64,000 bases of DNA from Candidatus Nitrospinota bacterium M3_3B_026 (GCA_051418015.1 JBPRGF010000023.1:192001-256000); one strand, 5' to 3'. Shown: positions 38,278 to 49,069, counted from the stretch's first letter. Notes: generated by a model not told the origin, from the sequence alone. Numbers and translations are program-made.

Positions 38278-38778
38278 TCAACCGTCGACCTCCGTCAGCT
38301 TTCCCGTCCCGACGTCGTACACGAAGCCGCGAGCTGTGACGGGGGCGGGTATCCATGGGTGTTTTTTAATCTTCCGTACCTGCTCGCGAACGTTCTCCTC
38401 AAGGCCGGAGAAGGCGTGGAACGCGCGCGGAGCGTCCGCCTCGGCGCCGGTGTCCTTTATCAACCTGCCCCGCAGCTCTTCGTCCGTGAAGGTCAGCATC
38501 CCGCAATCGGTGTGGTTGACGACCATGACCTCCTCCACGCCGAGCAGCTCGCAGGCTATGACAAGCGACCGGATAGCGTCATCGGAGACGATCCCGCCCG
38601 CGTTGCGGATCACGCACGCGTCGCCTTTTTCGAGTCCCATGACGCTGAACACGTCGAGGCGCGCGTCCATGCATGTGATCACGGCCAGTTTTTTACCAGG
38701 CCGCCGGGCAAGCCCGCCGTCCCTGAAATCGGCTGAAAACTCCTCGTTGGCCTCCAACACCTCATCGATCGCGCTCAT
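38278..38778 (-). CDS. Beta-class carbonic anhydrase
   Basis: TCMDARL, RNAGG, HTDCG zinc ligands. Confidence 0.92.
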   Translation of the reverse strand: MSAIDEVLEANEEFSADFRDGGLARRPGKKLAVITCMDARLDVFSVMGLEKGDACVIRNAGGIVSDDAIRSLVIACELLGVEEVMVVNHTDCGMLTFTDEELRGRLIKDTGAEADAPRAFHAFSGLEENVREQVRKIKKHPWIPAPVTARGFVYDVGTGKLTEVDG

Positions 38779-40744
38779 GCCCTCCCCCCATGCTTCGCAT
38801 CACCCCCATCATCTCGTCCACGCGGTGGGCGTAGGTGTGCTTTTCCAGGACCGCCCGCCTGCCCGCCGCGGCGATCCGCTCACGCTCCTTTTCATGTTCG
38901 ATGTAATACTCGGCCAGCTCGGCCGCGTTCTCGTCGTCGTAGATGACAAGGCTCTCGCGGTCGGTGAAAAAGTCGCGCAGACCGTCGGCGTCGTCGGTCA
39001 GCAGCATGGAGCCCGAACAGAGAGCCTCGAAGACGCGCATGTTCAGATCGTTTTTTATCGCGTTGTTGAAAACGATGCGCGACTGGCAGAAAAACCTGGC
39101 CATGTCCTCGAGGAACAGCCGGTCGTAGCGCGTCCGCGTCCTCTCGGCGATCCGCATGAGAAGCCGCGTCCGCCGCTCGTCGGTCAGCGATCCGACGAAC
39201 CCCACGTCGTGTTTTTTCTCCACGTCGATTTTGCCGTGTATCTCGGGGTCGCAGGCCAGCGGGAGCCAGTGGACGTTCTCGACCCCGGCTTCACTGAAGT
39301 TTGGAATATAAGCCCGCTGGGCGAGGAAAACCACGTCGAACATCTTCGCCGTCTGGATATGCTTTTCAAGGTGTATGTGCGTGTCGATGAGGTAGGCCGC
39401 CTTCGGGACGGAAAGCGCCTCCAGCGCGGCGGGAGGGCCGCCGATCCCCGTCTCCACCCAGACGAAAAAGTCCGGCGCGAACCCCTCCGGCAGCCTTTCG
39501 ATGACGGAGCGCATGTCCAGAACCGCCTTCTGGTCGTCGATATCGTGCGTCCACGCGGGAGTTTTCATGTTCCCAAGGTCCCATTTCGCGATGGCCTCTC
39601 GCGGCAGCTTCGCGCCTGCCGTCACCACGTTCAGCTTTTTACGCATAGCCCTTTCCAGGTACGCGCCTGTCGTGGCTGGGTAGGAGGTGTACGAGAGAAG
39701 GACGTTCTCGGCGCCTTCGAAGGAGGGTTTGAACACCTTCTTTTTCGCCGCTTTCGGAAAGGCCGCGCGCGGCTTTGCGGGGCGCCACTCCACGGCGCGC
39801 CTTATGGCGGCGCTCCATTTTTCCAGGAACGCGCTCAGCGGGAAGAGTCTTTCAACGGTTTTGCGCCCTTCGGCGCCGATCTTTTTCGCAAGGTCTGCGT
39901 CATCGAGCAGCGCCAGAACCTTTTCGCGCAACTCCTCGGCCGTCGCGCCGATGAACCCATCCACGCCGCCGGTTATCGGGCAGGTGGGGTTCTCCACGGC
40001 GGCCACCGGCATACCCGTGGCCATCGCCTCCAGAACGGCGAGGTTGTAGCCGTCCTCCCAGGGCGGCATGGCCGTGCTCAAAAGCAGCCTGTTCTCCCGG
40101 TACGCCTTTTTCAAGCCCTCCCATCCGGCGGAGACCCGCGACTCCGGGATGTCCGGGTTCTCGCCCACTATGACGTTGGGAAGACCGTCCTTCAGAACCT
40201 CCTCCTGGAGCGAGAAGCCGGTCATCAGGTCCCGCGCCTTTATGCTGTTGCCGACCCTCAGGACGCGCCGCTGCTCGCCGGTGTAGCCGCCGTATTGCGA
40301 AACATCCACGCCGGGGAGGATGATCTCGCCCGGCATGTCCCAGTCGGCCCGCTTCGTCTCGGAGATAAAGACGCGGTAGACGAGGCTGGTCAGGGTCTTC
40401 ACCTGTTCTCTGTGACCGTCCGCCGCCTCCGGCCTGCCGCCGAGCGCCGCCTCGGTGGAGAGCCTGTTGTGGAACACCAGGAGCTTCGGAAGGCGCGCCT
40501 CCTTCGCCATCACGATGTCTTTCACGTTGTGGGCGAGCAGCAGATCGTAATGACCCTCCTTTAATAGCCGCTCGCTGGCCTGCGCCGTCGTGATTTCCTT
40601 CACGTTCGGCGGCATGGGGCGCATGGCGTGGTCCCACGATTTCAACGGCGCGCCTATGTTCGGCGGGGCCACCTCGAACTCATGATCGAGCCGGACGAGA
40701 AGCGACAGGTAGGGCGTGTGCCAGTTGAAGGTTAAAATTCTCAT
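38762..40744 (-). CDS. Two-domain glycosyltransferase (GT4-like plus CgeB/DUF3880-like)
   Basis: EDGYNLAVLEAMATG, then WLPLACDP..DVGFVG..DLNMRVFEALCSG..HTYAHRV. Confidence 0.85.
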   Translation of the reverse strand: MRILTFNWHTPYLSLLVRLDHEFEVAPPNIGAPLKSWDHAMRPMPPNVKEITTAQASERLLKEGHYDLLLAHNVKDIVMAKEARLPKLLVFHNRLSTEAALGGRPEAADGHREQVKTLTSLVYRVFISETKRADWDMPGEIILPGVDVSQYGGYTGEQRRVLRVGNSIKARDLMTGFSLQEEVLKDGLPNVIVGENPDIPESRVSAGWEGLKKAYRENRLLLSTAMPPWEDGYNLAVLEAMATGMPVAAVENPTCPITGGVDGFIGATAEELREKVLALLDDADLAKKIGAEGRKTVERLFPLSAFLEKWSAAIRRAVEWRPAKPRAAFPKAAKKKVFKPSFEGAENVLLSYTSYPATTGAYLERAMRKKLNVVTAGAKLPREAIAKWDLGNMKTPAWTHDIDDQKAVLDMRSVIERLPEGFAPDFFVWVETGIGGPPAALEALSVPKAAYLIDTHIHLEKHIQTAKMFDVVFLAQRAYIPNFSEAGVENVHWLPLACDPEIHGKIDVEKKHDVGFVGSLTDERRTRLLMRIAERTRTRYDRLFLEDMARFFCQSRIVFNNAIKNDLNMRVFEALCSGSMLLTDDADGLRDFFTDRESLVIYDDENAAELAEYYIEHEKERERIAAAGRRAVLEKHTYAHRVDEMMGVMRSMGGGHERDR

Positions 40745-43110
40745 GACCCCAAAACCCCCGCCTCGCCAAGCGTTTTGAAAATCTCCTGGAAGCGTTTTTC
40801 GAGGGTATGGTTTTCGATTACCTTTCTATATCCCGCCTCCGCCACGCGCTCCCGCTCTTCCGGGTGGTCAAGGTAATACCGCGCCTTCTCCCGCGCCTCC
40901 TCCGGCGTCGAGTAACAGGCGAAGTCCTCCCCCTCCGCAAGGACACCCTCCCAGGCCGCGCGCCGCTCGGCCAGGGCGAACCCGCCGCAGGCCATGATCT
41001 CCAGCGCCCTCAGGGGGGCGGCGTCCCACGGGGCGGCGGCGTCATGGGCGAGGTTTACCTTCGCATTGAAGTAGATATCGGGGTATGACTCCGGGTCAAA
41101 CGGGCGCCAGTAATCCCCGGCGCTCCCGGAGGCGGCGGAGAATAAATCGCCCAGCCCTTCGGCGACGGCTCCCAGAATTCTCGCGGAAACCTCCTCGCCC
41201 AGGATGGCCTGGATATCCTCCTCCGAAAAAACCCCGCCGAGAGGCGGCGCGCCTTGCGCCTCCTCCTCCCACAGCCTTGGTATTATCCAGTCCCCGTAGT
41301 TTTCAAGCTGCCGCTCCATTATCCGCCGGAACCCGCGAAGCCACCCGAAAAGCGCGTCCTTGCTCTCCACCGGAAGGCCGCGTCCCGTAAGTTCTTTCTT
41401 TATCCGCTCCATAAAGCCGGGGTACCTGTTTTCCCACTCCGGCCGTTCGAGATAGAGAACAGCCGCCTCCCGTTTCGAGTTCAGCGCGCCGCGTTTTACC
41501 ACGCCAGTGTCCACTCCGGGGGGGAGAACGTGGACGTTCTCAGCGCCAAGCCTCTTGTAGCGCGCAAGCTCCGAAGGCGACGAGCTGAATATGAAGATAG
41601 TTTTGTCCATAAGGCCGCGCCGCCACTCGATCTTTCCCCGCCGCCTGCCGTACTCCCACGCCGCGTATGGTATCCCCATCAGCGCCATCCTTTCGGCGAC
41701 TCTGAAATCGTAGACCGGCGTGATGAAAACCTCCGGCGCGAAGTCCCGCAAGACCAGCTCCTGGGACCACGTGACCCCGCCCTTCTCCGCCATGGGGATC
41801 TCGATCACGGAGTTTCCGATCCGCTCCAGGACGTCGAGCCAGCCGAAGGAGGAGGCATGGCCGCAGGCCAGCGCCACGCGGCGGCCGCCGCGCTCACGCG
41901 AGACGTGGAAGGGGGGCTCCCCGGGAAAGGGGAAAGGATGGAGTTCGTCCGGATCAGCGGGAAGCTCGGCGTCTGGATCAAGCTCCCTCGCCTTGCGCAG
42001 GGCCGCGGCGGCGGTGTCGTTCATGCCCGCCATAACGGCCAGCTCGGCGCGCTTCAAGACACCCGCGGCGATCATCCGGTTGAGCTTTTTCCTGTAAGGA
42101 TACGACGCCTTCGCGCCCGGCGCGGTTTTCTCCGCCACGAGGTATATCGACCATTCGTTCTGGCACGTCCCCTGCTCCACAATGGACAGGCCGGGGATGA
42201 GAGAGACCAGGGAACAGAGTGATGCGCGGGTGAAGGCGCTCTTGTGGGCCGGGTCTGCGCGCAGGGTGTCGAACGCCTCGTCGTCGGGCAGGACCAGCCC
42301 CAGGACGCCGCCGGGTTTCAACACGCGCGTCCATTCCGAGAGCGCCCTGACGGGGTCGGCATAATGCTCCAGGTTGTGGCGGGCGATAACGTAGTCCAAC
42401 GAGTCATCGGCGAACATGTAAAGATTGTCCCCGCTGGCCTGGACGTCCGCCTGGGAGGTCATCTGTCTCTGGCTGGTCTCGGCCCCGCTCTTCCCCGGCG
42501 GTGTGATGTCAACCCCTATGGCCTCCGGGCTCGTCTTCGCCCCGCCGCATCCCACGTCGATCCCCCTGCCCTCGACCAGGGGCAGCATCGGCTCGGCCTC
42601 GGGATTAAGATGGCGGTGGGTGTTTTTCATCATCGTGTTGGCCAGGTTCAGGACGATCCTGGCGTCCTTGTGGTTCGCGTTGACCTTCACGGCCTCGGTC
42701 CACTTCATGAACGCCCGGCCCCAGGCGCCCATGACGTAGTCCGCCACGCCCGCCAGGAACCACAGCTCGCCATAGCCCTCGAAGCGGGTCAGCGCCTTCT
42801 CGAAATATTTCGACGCCTCGTGGTAGCTCTTGTGATAGAAGAGGATTTTTCCCAGCAGGTAGTCCAGCTCGAAAGAGCGGGTCAGGAAGTCGCGCTCCGC
42901 CTCGGTTTCGGCGACCGACTCGAAAACGACGTCCGTGTTCCCCTGCGCCGCCTCCCTGACAAGATACTCAAAAGCCTTCCTCTCCACCTCGCCGAGGTCT
43001 TCCGGGACGACGGGGATGTCCGCGTAGTCCGGCGGCCCGGAAAGGATCTCGTCGATGAGCTTGGCGAGCATGTCCGGCGCGTCGCCGGGCCTGATGTAAA
43101 GATCGGTCAT
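40741..43110 (-). CDS. TPR + class I SAM-methyltransferase + CgeB-like glycosyltransferase fusion
   Basis: TPR-like helices, IDVGCGG..HNLEH..RVLKPGG, C-terminal RALEIMACGGF..HTLEKRF. Confidence 0.8.
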   Translation of the reverse strand: MTDLYIRPGDAPDMLAKLIDEILSGPPDYADIPVVPEDLGEVERKAFEYLVREAAQGNTDVVFESVAETEAERDFLTRSFELDYLLGKILFYHKSYHEASKYFEKALTRFEGYGELWFLAGVADYVMGAWGRAFMKWTEAVKVNANHKDARIVLNLANTMMKNTHRHLNPEAEPMLPLVEGRGIDVGCGGAKTSPEAIGVDITPPGKSGAETSQRQMTSQADVQASGDNLYMFADDSLDYVIARHNLEHYADPVRALSEWTRVLKPGGVLGLVLPDDEAFDTLRADPAHKSAFTRASLCSLVSLIPGLSIVEQGTCQNEWSIYLVAEKTAPGAKASYPYRKKLNRMIAAGVLKRAELAVMAGMNDTAAAALRKARELDPDAELPADPDELHPFPFPGEPPFHVSRERGGRRVALACGHASSFGWLDVLERIGNSVIEIPMAEKGGVTWSQELVLRDFAPEVFITPVYDFRVAERMALMGIPYAAWEYGRRRGKIEWRRGLMDKTIFIFSSSPSELARYKRLGAENVHVLPPGVDTGVVKRGALNSKREAAVLYLERPEWENRYPGFMERIKKELTGRGLPVESKDALFGWLRGFRRIMERQLENYGDWIIPRLWEEEAQGAPPLGGVFSEEDIQAILGEEVSARILGAVAEGLGDLFSAASGSAGDYWRPFDPESYPDIYFNAKVNLAHDAAAPWDAAPLRALEIMACGGFALAERRAAWEGVLAEGEDFACYSTPEEAREKARYYLDHPEERERVAEAGYRKVIENHTLEKRFQEIFKTLGEAGVLGS

Positions 43111-43157
43111 GGCTCCTTCAGGCGGGCTCTTCGGCCCGCCCCCCGGCGCGCCCCCTG

Positions 43158-45716
43158 TCAGCTCCAGCTCGCAAGGCCCGGCTCGATCCTGTTGAACATG
43201 CTCGGGTGGGTGGGGAGAACGCGGATTGAAAAGCCGTGGCGGCCGCTTTCAGTAAGCGGTATGGCGCCCTTGAACATCGCCCTGTGGCTGTCCAGCTCCT
43301 CGAAGACCATCGGGGCGGGTTTGCCCTCCACCAGCCGATCGTTGTAGTCCAGCGCGCCGTAGTACAGCTCCACCCTCAGGTCCTCCGGCTTCAGGCGGCC
43401 GAGACGGATGAACGCCGCCACCTCCAGCATCCTGCCCACGTACAGGTCCCCGTCACCGTCCTTCTGCCTCACTTCTTCTATGGCCACCTGCGCCCACTGG
43501 TCGTAAAGCTCCCTTTTCCACGCGGCCAGTTCCTTGAGCTTTTTTCTGTCTTCCCCTTTAAGCTCCCTGATCCTGCTGACGCAGGGCAGGTAGAAATACG
43601 TGGTGTAGTTTCTTACCATCCTGTTGGTGTTGAAGACCGCGTTGAGCTTCGATATCGAGGATTTCACCATTTTTATCCAGCCCCGGGGCATGTCATCCCT
43701 TCCGCGGCCGTAAAACAGCGGCACGATCTCTTTTTCCAGCATGTCGTAGAGCGCCCTGGACTCTATCTGGTCCTGCTCGGCGGTGTCGGTGTACTCCTCG
43801 CCGCGGCCGATGGCCCAGCCCGTGTCCACGCTGTAGCCCTCGCACCACCAGCCGTCCAGCACCGAGAAGTTCAGGGCTCCGTTTGCGGCGGCTTTCATGC
43901 CCGACGTGCCCGAGGCCTCCATTGGCCGGCGAGGGTTGTTCAGCCAGACGTCGACGCCCTGGACCATGTACCTTGCGACGTTGATGTCGTAGTTTTCCAG
44001 GAAGACCACCTTGTCGCGCAGGTCCTCGTCGCGGGCCCAGTGGACTATGTTCTTGATGAGGGTTTTCCCTTCGTGGTCGCGGGGATGGGCCTTGCCGGCG
44101 AAGATGATCTGGACGGGCCTGTCCTTGTCGCAGAGGATGGACTTGAGCCTCTCCATGTCCGTGAAGATGAGATTGCCGCGCTTGTACGTGGCGAAGCGCC
44201 TGCCGAAGCCGATGGTCAGGGCGTCCGCCCGGAGCGCCTCGTCCGCCAGCCGAACCTCCACCGCCGGGGCGCCCCTCTTCCTGAGCTGCTCCTTGAGCCT
44301 CTCCCTGGCGAAGCCGACGAGCCTCTCCCTCCTTCGCTCATGTGTGCGCCACAGCTCGGCGTCGGGGATGTCCTGGATCCTTTTCCAGACGCTGTCGTTG
44401 GCCGGCTCGTGGACCCAGTGCAGGCCGAGATACCTGTCGAACAGCGTCCACATGTCGTCGGATATCCAGGAGCGGATATGCGCGCCGTTGGTGATGGCCC
44501 GGATGGGGACATCGTGGGCGTCCAGGCCTTTGTAGATGTCCGCCCACATCTTCTTGGACACCTTGCTGTGAAGCTGGGAGACCCCGTTGGTGAAAGACGA
44601 CAGCTTCATGGCCAGGACGGTCATGCAGAACGGCTCCTGGTCGTTGTCCGGGTTCTGCCTGCCGAGAGAGAGGAAACTCTTGTGGTCCACCCCGAGGTCC
44701 CGCTGATAGTCCCCGAAATACTTGCTGATCAACTGGGGGCTGAACATGTCGTTGCCGGCGGGGACGGGGGTGTGGGTGGTGAAGACCGAGGAGGCTATCA
44801 TCTCCTCCCTCGCCTCGTCGAAGGTGTACCCCTCCTCTTTCACAAGCCGCCTGATTCTCTCCAGCGCCAGGAAGGCGGAATGGCCCTCGTTCATATGGTA
44901 AACCTCGGGCTCGATCCCCATCGTCCGCAGCGCTATCACACCCCCCATGCCGAGCATTATCTCCTGCCTGATCCGCGTCTCTATGTCCCCTCCGTAGAGC
45001 TGGTGGGTGATGGCCCTGTCTTCGGGGCTGTTCTCGGGGACGTTGCTGTCCAACAGGAAAAGGGGCGTCCTGCCCACCTGGGCGCGCCATACCCTGGCCG
45101 TCACATCCCTCCCGGGATAGGGGACTTTTATCTTGATCTCGTTCCCCTCGTCATCGGTTTCGGGGAAGATGGGCATGTTGTAAAAATCGTTTGGGGGGTA
45201 AAACTCCTGCTGCCAGCCGTCGGGGTTCAGGTATTGCTGGAAATAGCCCTCGGAGTAGAGCAGGCCCATCCCCACCAGCGGCAGGCCCAGGTCGGAGGCG
45301 GACTTGAGATGGTCCCCGGCCAGGATCCCAAGCCCGCCGGAGTATATCGGCAGGCACTCGTTTATTCCGTACTCGGCGGAGAAATAGGCGATTCTCACGT
45401 CGCCGATCTTGGGCTGGCTCGTCTTCTGGAACCAGAAGGATGACTCCATGTAGTCGGTCAGGTCATAGAGGACGCGGTCCATGTGCGTCGTGAACCCGTC
45501 GTCTTCGGCCAGCTGGTCGAGCCGGGACTGGCTGATGAGGCCCAGCAGCCGGACCGGGTTGTGATAGGTCTCGTTCCAGAGCGCCGGGTCCAGCCGCCGC
45601 CACAGCTGCACCGCGTCCGGGTGCCACGTCCACCACAGGTTTCTGGAAAGGCCCGCCAGCGGCTTCAACCGCTCCGGCAGGGAAGGGTGAATCATGTACT
45701 CTACGATCTTGCGCAT
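43158..45716 (-). CDS. glgP: Alpha-glucan (glycogen) phosphorylase
   Basis: YSGGLGILAGDHLK, HMNEGH, RRFATYKR, PLP site EASGTSGMK. Confidence 0.96.
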   Translation of the reverse strand: MRKIVEYMIHPSLPERLKPLAGLSRNLWWTWHPDAVQLWRRLDPALWNETYHNPVRLLGLISQSRLDQLAEDDGFTTHMDRVLYDLTDYMESSFWFQKTSQPKIGDVRIAYFSAEYGINECLPIYSGGLGILAGDHLKSASDLGLPLVGMGLLYSEGYFQQYLNPDGWQQEFYPPNDFYNMPIFPETDDEGNEIKIKVPYPGRDVTARVWRAQVGRTPLFLLDSNVPENSPEDRAITHQLYGGDIETRIRQEIMLGMGGVIALRTMGIEPEVYHMNEGHSAFLALERIRRLVKEEGYTFDEAREEMIASSVFTTHTPVPAGNDMFSPQLISKYFGDYQRDLGVDHKSFLSLGRQNPDNDQEPFCMTVLAMKLSSFTNGVSQLHSKVSKKMWADIYKGLDAHDVPIRAITNGAHIRSWISDDMWTLFDRYLGLHWVHEPANDSVWKRIQDIPDAELWRTHERRRERLVGFARERLKEQLRKRGAPAVEVRLADEALRADALTIGFGRRFATYKRGNLIFTDMERLKSILCDKDRPVQIIFAGKAHPRDHEGKTLIKNIVHWARDEDLRDKVVFLENYDINVARYMVQGVDVWLNNPRRPMEASGTSGMKAAANGALNFSVLDGWWCEGYSVDTGWAIGRGEEYTDTAEQDQIESRALYDMLEKEIVPLFYGRGRDDMPRGWIKMVKSSISKLNAVFNTNRMVRNYTTYFYLPCVSRIRELKGEDRKKLKELAAWKRELYDQWAQVAIEEVRQKDGDGDLYVGRMLEVAAFIRLGRLKPEDLRVELYYGALDYNDRLVEGKPAPMVFEELDSHRAMFKGAIPLTESGRHGFSIRVLPTHPSMFNRIEPGLASWS

Positions 45717-45823
45717 ACCATAAATTCTCCAGGCGCCGGCCGCTCGCCGCGAAAGCCGGCCTCGGTGGATTTCAATGAAAAAGCATAAGGCCCTGCCGCC
45801 TCGTCATGAACGTTTATTGTAGA

Positions 45824-47353
45824 TCAACCCGGCGCCACTTCAAACCTTTCCTGGTGGAGCTTGTAGTCCGTGTTCACGAATATCCTGGCATCAAGCTCTT
45901 TTTCAAGCCGGTCCAGGTGGCCCGGCTCCTCCTCGAACATCAGGTCGGCAACTCCGGGGGGAACCATGACCTTTATGTCGCGCCTTCCTCCCGGAAGCTT
46001 GCCCGCCACGCGCTGTATCTCCCGGTACACCTCGTATAACACCGTGGCGCTCGACTTCACGGCGCCCCTCCCCTCGCAGTAAGGGCACATGGTGGTAAGT
46101 GAGCGGGAAAGAGACTCCCTCACGCGCTTCCTGGTCATCTCCACCAAGCCCAGCTCGGATATCTTCAGGATGTTCGAGCGCGACCTGTCGCCCTTCAGCG
46201 CCTGGGCCAGGGCGGAGTAGACCTTCTCCTTGCTCTCGTCACGCTCCATGTCTATGAAATCTATTATGATAAGCCCGCCGATGTTCCTGAGGCGCAGTTG
46301 GTAGACTATCTCCCTGACCGCCTCGAGGTTCGTCTTCAGGATGGTCTCTTCCTGGTCGGTCTTGCCGACGTACCTTCCGGTGTTGACGTCCACGGTGGTC
46401 AGCGCCTCGGTCTGGTCGATGACGATGTAGCCGCCGGACTTGAGCCAGACCTTGCGCTCCAGGGCGCGCTCTATTTCCAGCTCCAGGCCGTACACGTCGA
46501 ACAGAGGCTCCCTGCCGGAATAGAACCTCACCCTGTCCTCGATGTCCGGCAGGTACGAGCGGCAGAAGGCGGCCGTCCGCCTGTATTCCTCCTCGTCGTC
46601 GATCACCACGCTCTCAAAATCCAGGCCGAAAATGTCGCGTATCGCCCTCTGGATGATGTTGAGGTCCTGGTAAATGGGGCTCGGCGCGGGGGCGGACTCG
46701 TAGCGCTCCTTTATGACGGCCCACAGCTTGTCCAGAAACTCTATGTCCGATTCGAGGTCCTCCTCCCCCACTCCCTCGGCGGCGGTGCGGACTATGTAGC
46801 CGGAGAGGTTTTTCTTGAGCCGCCGAACGATCTCTCTGAGCCTTTTGCGCTCGGCCTCGTTCTCGATCCTCCGGGAGACGCCGACCTGGTTCACCACTGG
46901 CATATAGACAAGGTGCCTGCCGGGAAGGGTTATGTAGCTTGTGATCCTGGCCCCCTTGGCGCCCATGGGGTCCTTGGAGACCTGGGCCATGATCTCGTCC
47001 CCTTCGCTCAGTATGTCCTCTATGGACTGGCTTTCAGGGCGCTGCATGTCCTGCTCCAGCTCCACCTCCTCCCCGTTCTCCCCCCCGTTCGAGCCGGCGC
47101 CGAGGTATCCGGAAAGGTTCCTGCCGGAGGGGTTCACGTCCGAGACGTACAGGAAACCGGCCTTGGGCAGGCCAATGTCAACGAAGGCCACCTGCATCCC
47201 CGGCAAGACCTTCGTAACCCGGCCCTTGTATATGGAGCCGACTATCCCCTGTTCGGACTTGCGCTCTATGAAAAGCTCCACGATGGCCCCGTTCTCCAGG
47301 ACAGCGACCCTGGTCTCGCGGGACGTCACGTTGCATACTATGTTGGACGACAC
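45824..47353 (-). CDS. rng: Ribonuclease G (Rne/Rng family)
   Basis: IYKGRVTKVLPGMQVAFVDIG S1 domain, TEALTTVDVNTG, IIIDFIDM, CPYCEGRG. Confidence 0.92.
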   Translation of the reverse strand: MSSNIVCNVTSRETRVAVLENGAIVELFIERKSEQGIVGSIYKGRVTKVLPGMQVAFVDIGLPKAGFLYVSDVNPSGRNLSGYLGAGSNGGENGEEVELEQDMQRPESQSIEDILSEGDEIMAQVSKDPMGAKGARITSYITLPGRHLVYMPVVNQVGVSRRIENEAERKRLREIVRRLKKNLSGYIVRTAAEGVGEEDLESDIEFLDKLWAVIKERYESAPAPSPIYQDLNIIQRAIRDIFGLDFESVVIDDEEEYRRTAAFCRSYLPDIEDRVRFYSGREPLFDVYGLELEIERALERKVWLKSGGYIVIDQTEALTTVDVNTGRYVGKTDQEETILKTNLEAVREIVYQLRLRNIGGLIIIDFIDMERDESKEKVYSALAQALKGDRSRSNILKISELGLVEMTRKRVRESLSRSLTTMCPYCEGRGAVKSSATVLYEVYREIQRVAGKLPGGRRDIKVMVPPGVADLMFEEEPGHLDRLEKELDARIFVNTDYKLHQERFEVAPG

Positions 47354-47457
47354 TTCCCAAAACTCATTAAAATGAAACCATTTGTGGAAAATTCTAACAC
47401 AGGCCGCGCCAGCCTATGGCGGCGGGGGCCTTTTTTTCACCGCGCGGAGGTTTGCCA

Positions 47458-47877
47458 ATGACGGTCACGACCAGTTCTTTCAGCTTGGGAACACAGGGTT
47501 TCTCGGACATCATCGACATCACCGGCGAGGTGGAAAGGGCCGTGAAAGAATCAGGCGCGAGATCGGGCAGCGTCCTGGTCTTCGTCCCGGGCTCCACCGC
47601 CGGGATCACTACCATAGAGTACGAGTCCGGCGCCGTCTCGGATCTGGAGGCGGCGATAGACAGGCTGGTCCCGAGAAACATCCATTACAGCCACGACGCC
47701 CGCTGGGGCGACGGCAACGGTTTTTCCCATGTTCGCGCCGCGCTCATGGGCGCCTCCTTCACAGCGCCTTTCGACAACGGCCGGCTGCTGACGGGAACGT
47801 GGCAGCAAATCGTCCTGGTAGACTTCGACAACAGGCCGAGAAGGCGGGACGTGATCGTCCAGGTCCAGGGGGAGTGA
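47458..47877 (+). CDS. yjbQ: YjbQ/UPF0047 family protein
   Basis: GSTAGITTIE, H.., NGFSHVRAAL, GTWQQIVLVDFD; GGAGG SD before ATG 47458. Confidence 0.88.
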   Translation: MTVTTSSFSLGTQGFSDIIDITGEVERAVKESGARSGSVLVFVPGSTAGITTIEYESGAVSDLEAAIDRLVPRNIHYSHDARWGDGNGFSHVRAALMGASFTAPFDNGRLLTGTWQQIVLVDFDNRPRRRDVIVQVQGE

Positions 47878-47986
47878 CAACCGGCGCCCCGGGAATGAAC
47901 TCTGCCCGGATATCGGGTACAATACGGGCTTCAAGCGCGTCTTTTAATGCTTTGCCGATAAAGGGAATCGAGAGCGTGAGGAGGTT

Positions 47987-48883
47987 GTGATGCCGGACAT
48001 GAGGGTGGGGTTTATCGGGCTTGGCGCCATGGGCGCCCGCATGGCGAAAAACATCCATGAAAAAGGCTTCAAGCTCAACGTCTATAACAGGACGCCCTCC
48101 CGCGCCGAGCCTTTCAAGAATCTCGGGGCCGGCGTCTACGGCTCGCCTTCGGCCCTCGCCGAAAACAGCGAGATCATAATCATCATGGTCACGGGCCCGG
48201 ACGCCCTCCACGAGGTGGTGGAGGCGGAGAACGGCGTGGCCGCGGGCGTGGGCGAAGGAGCCGTGGTCGTGAACATGAGTACCGTCTCCTACGGCGCCAC
48301 GATGCGGGCCTCGGCGGAGATATCCTGCAGGAAGGCCGCCTTCGTCGACGCGCCGGTCTCCGGCTCCATAAAACCCGCGGAGGAGGGAAGGCTGGTGATC
48401 CTCGCCAGCGGCGAAAAGGCCATGGTGGACAGGGTGGAGCCCGTGCTGAACGCCATGGGGGAGCAGATCGTCTACCTCGGCGGCGTGGGTAAGGGGACGA
48501 ACATGAAACTGGCCGTGAACATCCTCCTCGCCGGCATGGTCCAGGCCCTGGCCGAGTCCCTGACGCTGGGCCGGAGGCTTGGCCTCAGGCTTGCCGACAT
48601 GCTGAGGGTCATAGAGTCCGGCGGGATGTCCTCGCCGCTTTACAAGGCCAAGGGAGACGCCATATTGAATGGTGACTTCTCGAAAAAGTTCCCCGTCAGC
48701 CTGGCTTTCAAGGACCTCAGCCTTGCCCTGGACGCCGCCGGGGACGCCTGCGTCCCCCTCCCCGTGACAGCCGCCGCCAGGGAGATGTACAACGCCGCCA
48801 TGGCCCGCGGGCTGGGGGACGAGGATTTCGCGGCGGTCGTAAAGGTAATGGAAAGCCTCGCCGGGGCGAAAAACACGGGCTGA
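47987..48883 (+). CDS. NAD(P)-dependent oxidoreductase, 3-hydroxyisobutyrate dehydrogenase family
   Basis: GFIGLGAMG, YNRT, DAPVSGS, MKLAVN, FKDL. Confidence 0.9.
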   Translation: MMPDMRVGFIGLGAMGARMAKNIHEKGFKLNVYNRTPSRAEPFKNLGAGVYGSPSALAENSEIIIIMVTGPDALHEVVEAENGVAAGVGEGAVVVNMSTVSYGATMRASAEISCRKAAFVDAPVSGSIKPAEEGRLVILASGEKAMVDRVEPVLNAMGEQIVYLGGVGKGTNMKLAVNILLAGMVQALAESLTLGRRLGLRLADMLRVIESGGMSSPLYKAKGDAILNGDFSKKFPVSLAFKDLSLALDAAGDACVPLPVTAAAREMYNAAMARGLGDEDFAAVVKVMESLAGAKNTG

Positions 48884-48999
48884 CAGGAAACCCGCCGCCG
48901 GCCCCCCGCTTTAGCCGTTCCCGGAAGGGGCGCTCCGTCAAGACTTCGTTGATTTTCAGTCCGTTGCCGTGCCGCGTTTATTATATTACTTGATACCGC

Positions 49000-49029
49000 T
49001 TGACATGCCGTATGAATGGGTGATTTAAT
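49000..49029 (+). promoter_or_regulatory. Candidate sigma70 promoter for the cytochrome-porin gene
   Basis: TTGACA-N18-TTTAAT with extended TG, in an AT-rich intergenic region. Confidence 0.45.
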
Positions 49030-49069
49030 TAGCGATGACAGTTGAAAAGGGGCATGAGACTGATCTGAC

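Noticed and set aside
38264..40564. 766-aa plus-strand ORF
   Set aside because: Antisense to the carbonic anhydrase and glycosyltransferase genes; no recognisable domain
43236..45443. 735-aa plus-strand ORF
   Set aside because: Antisense shadow of glgP
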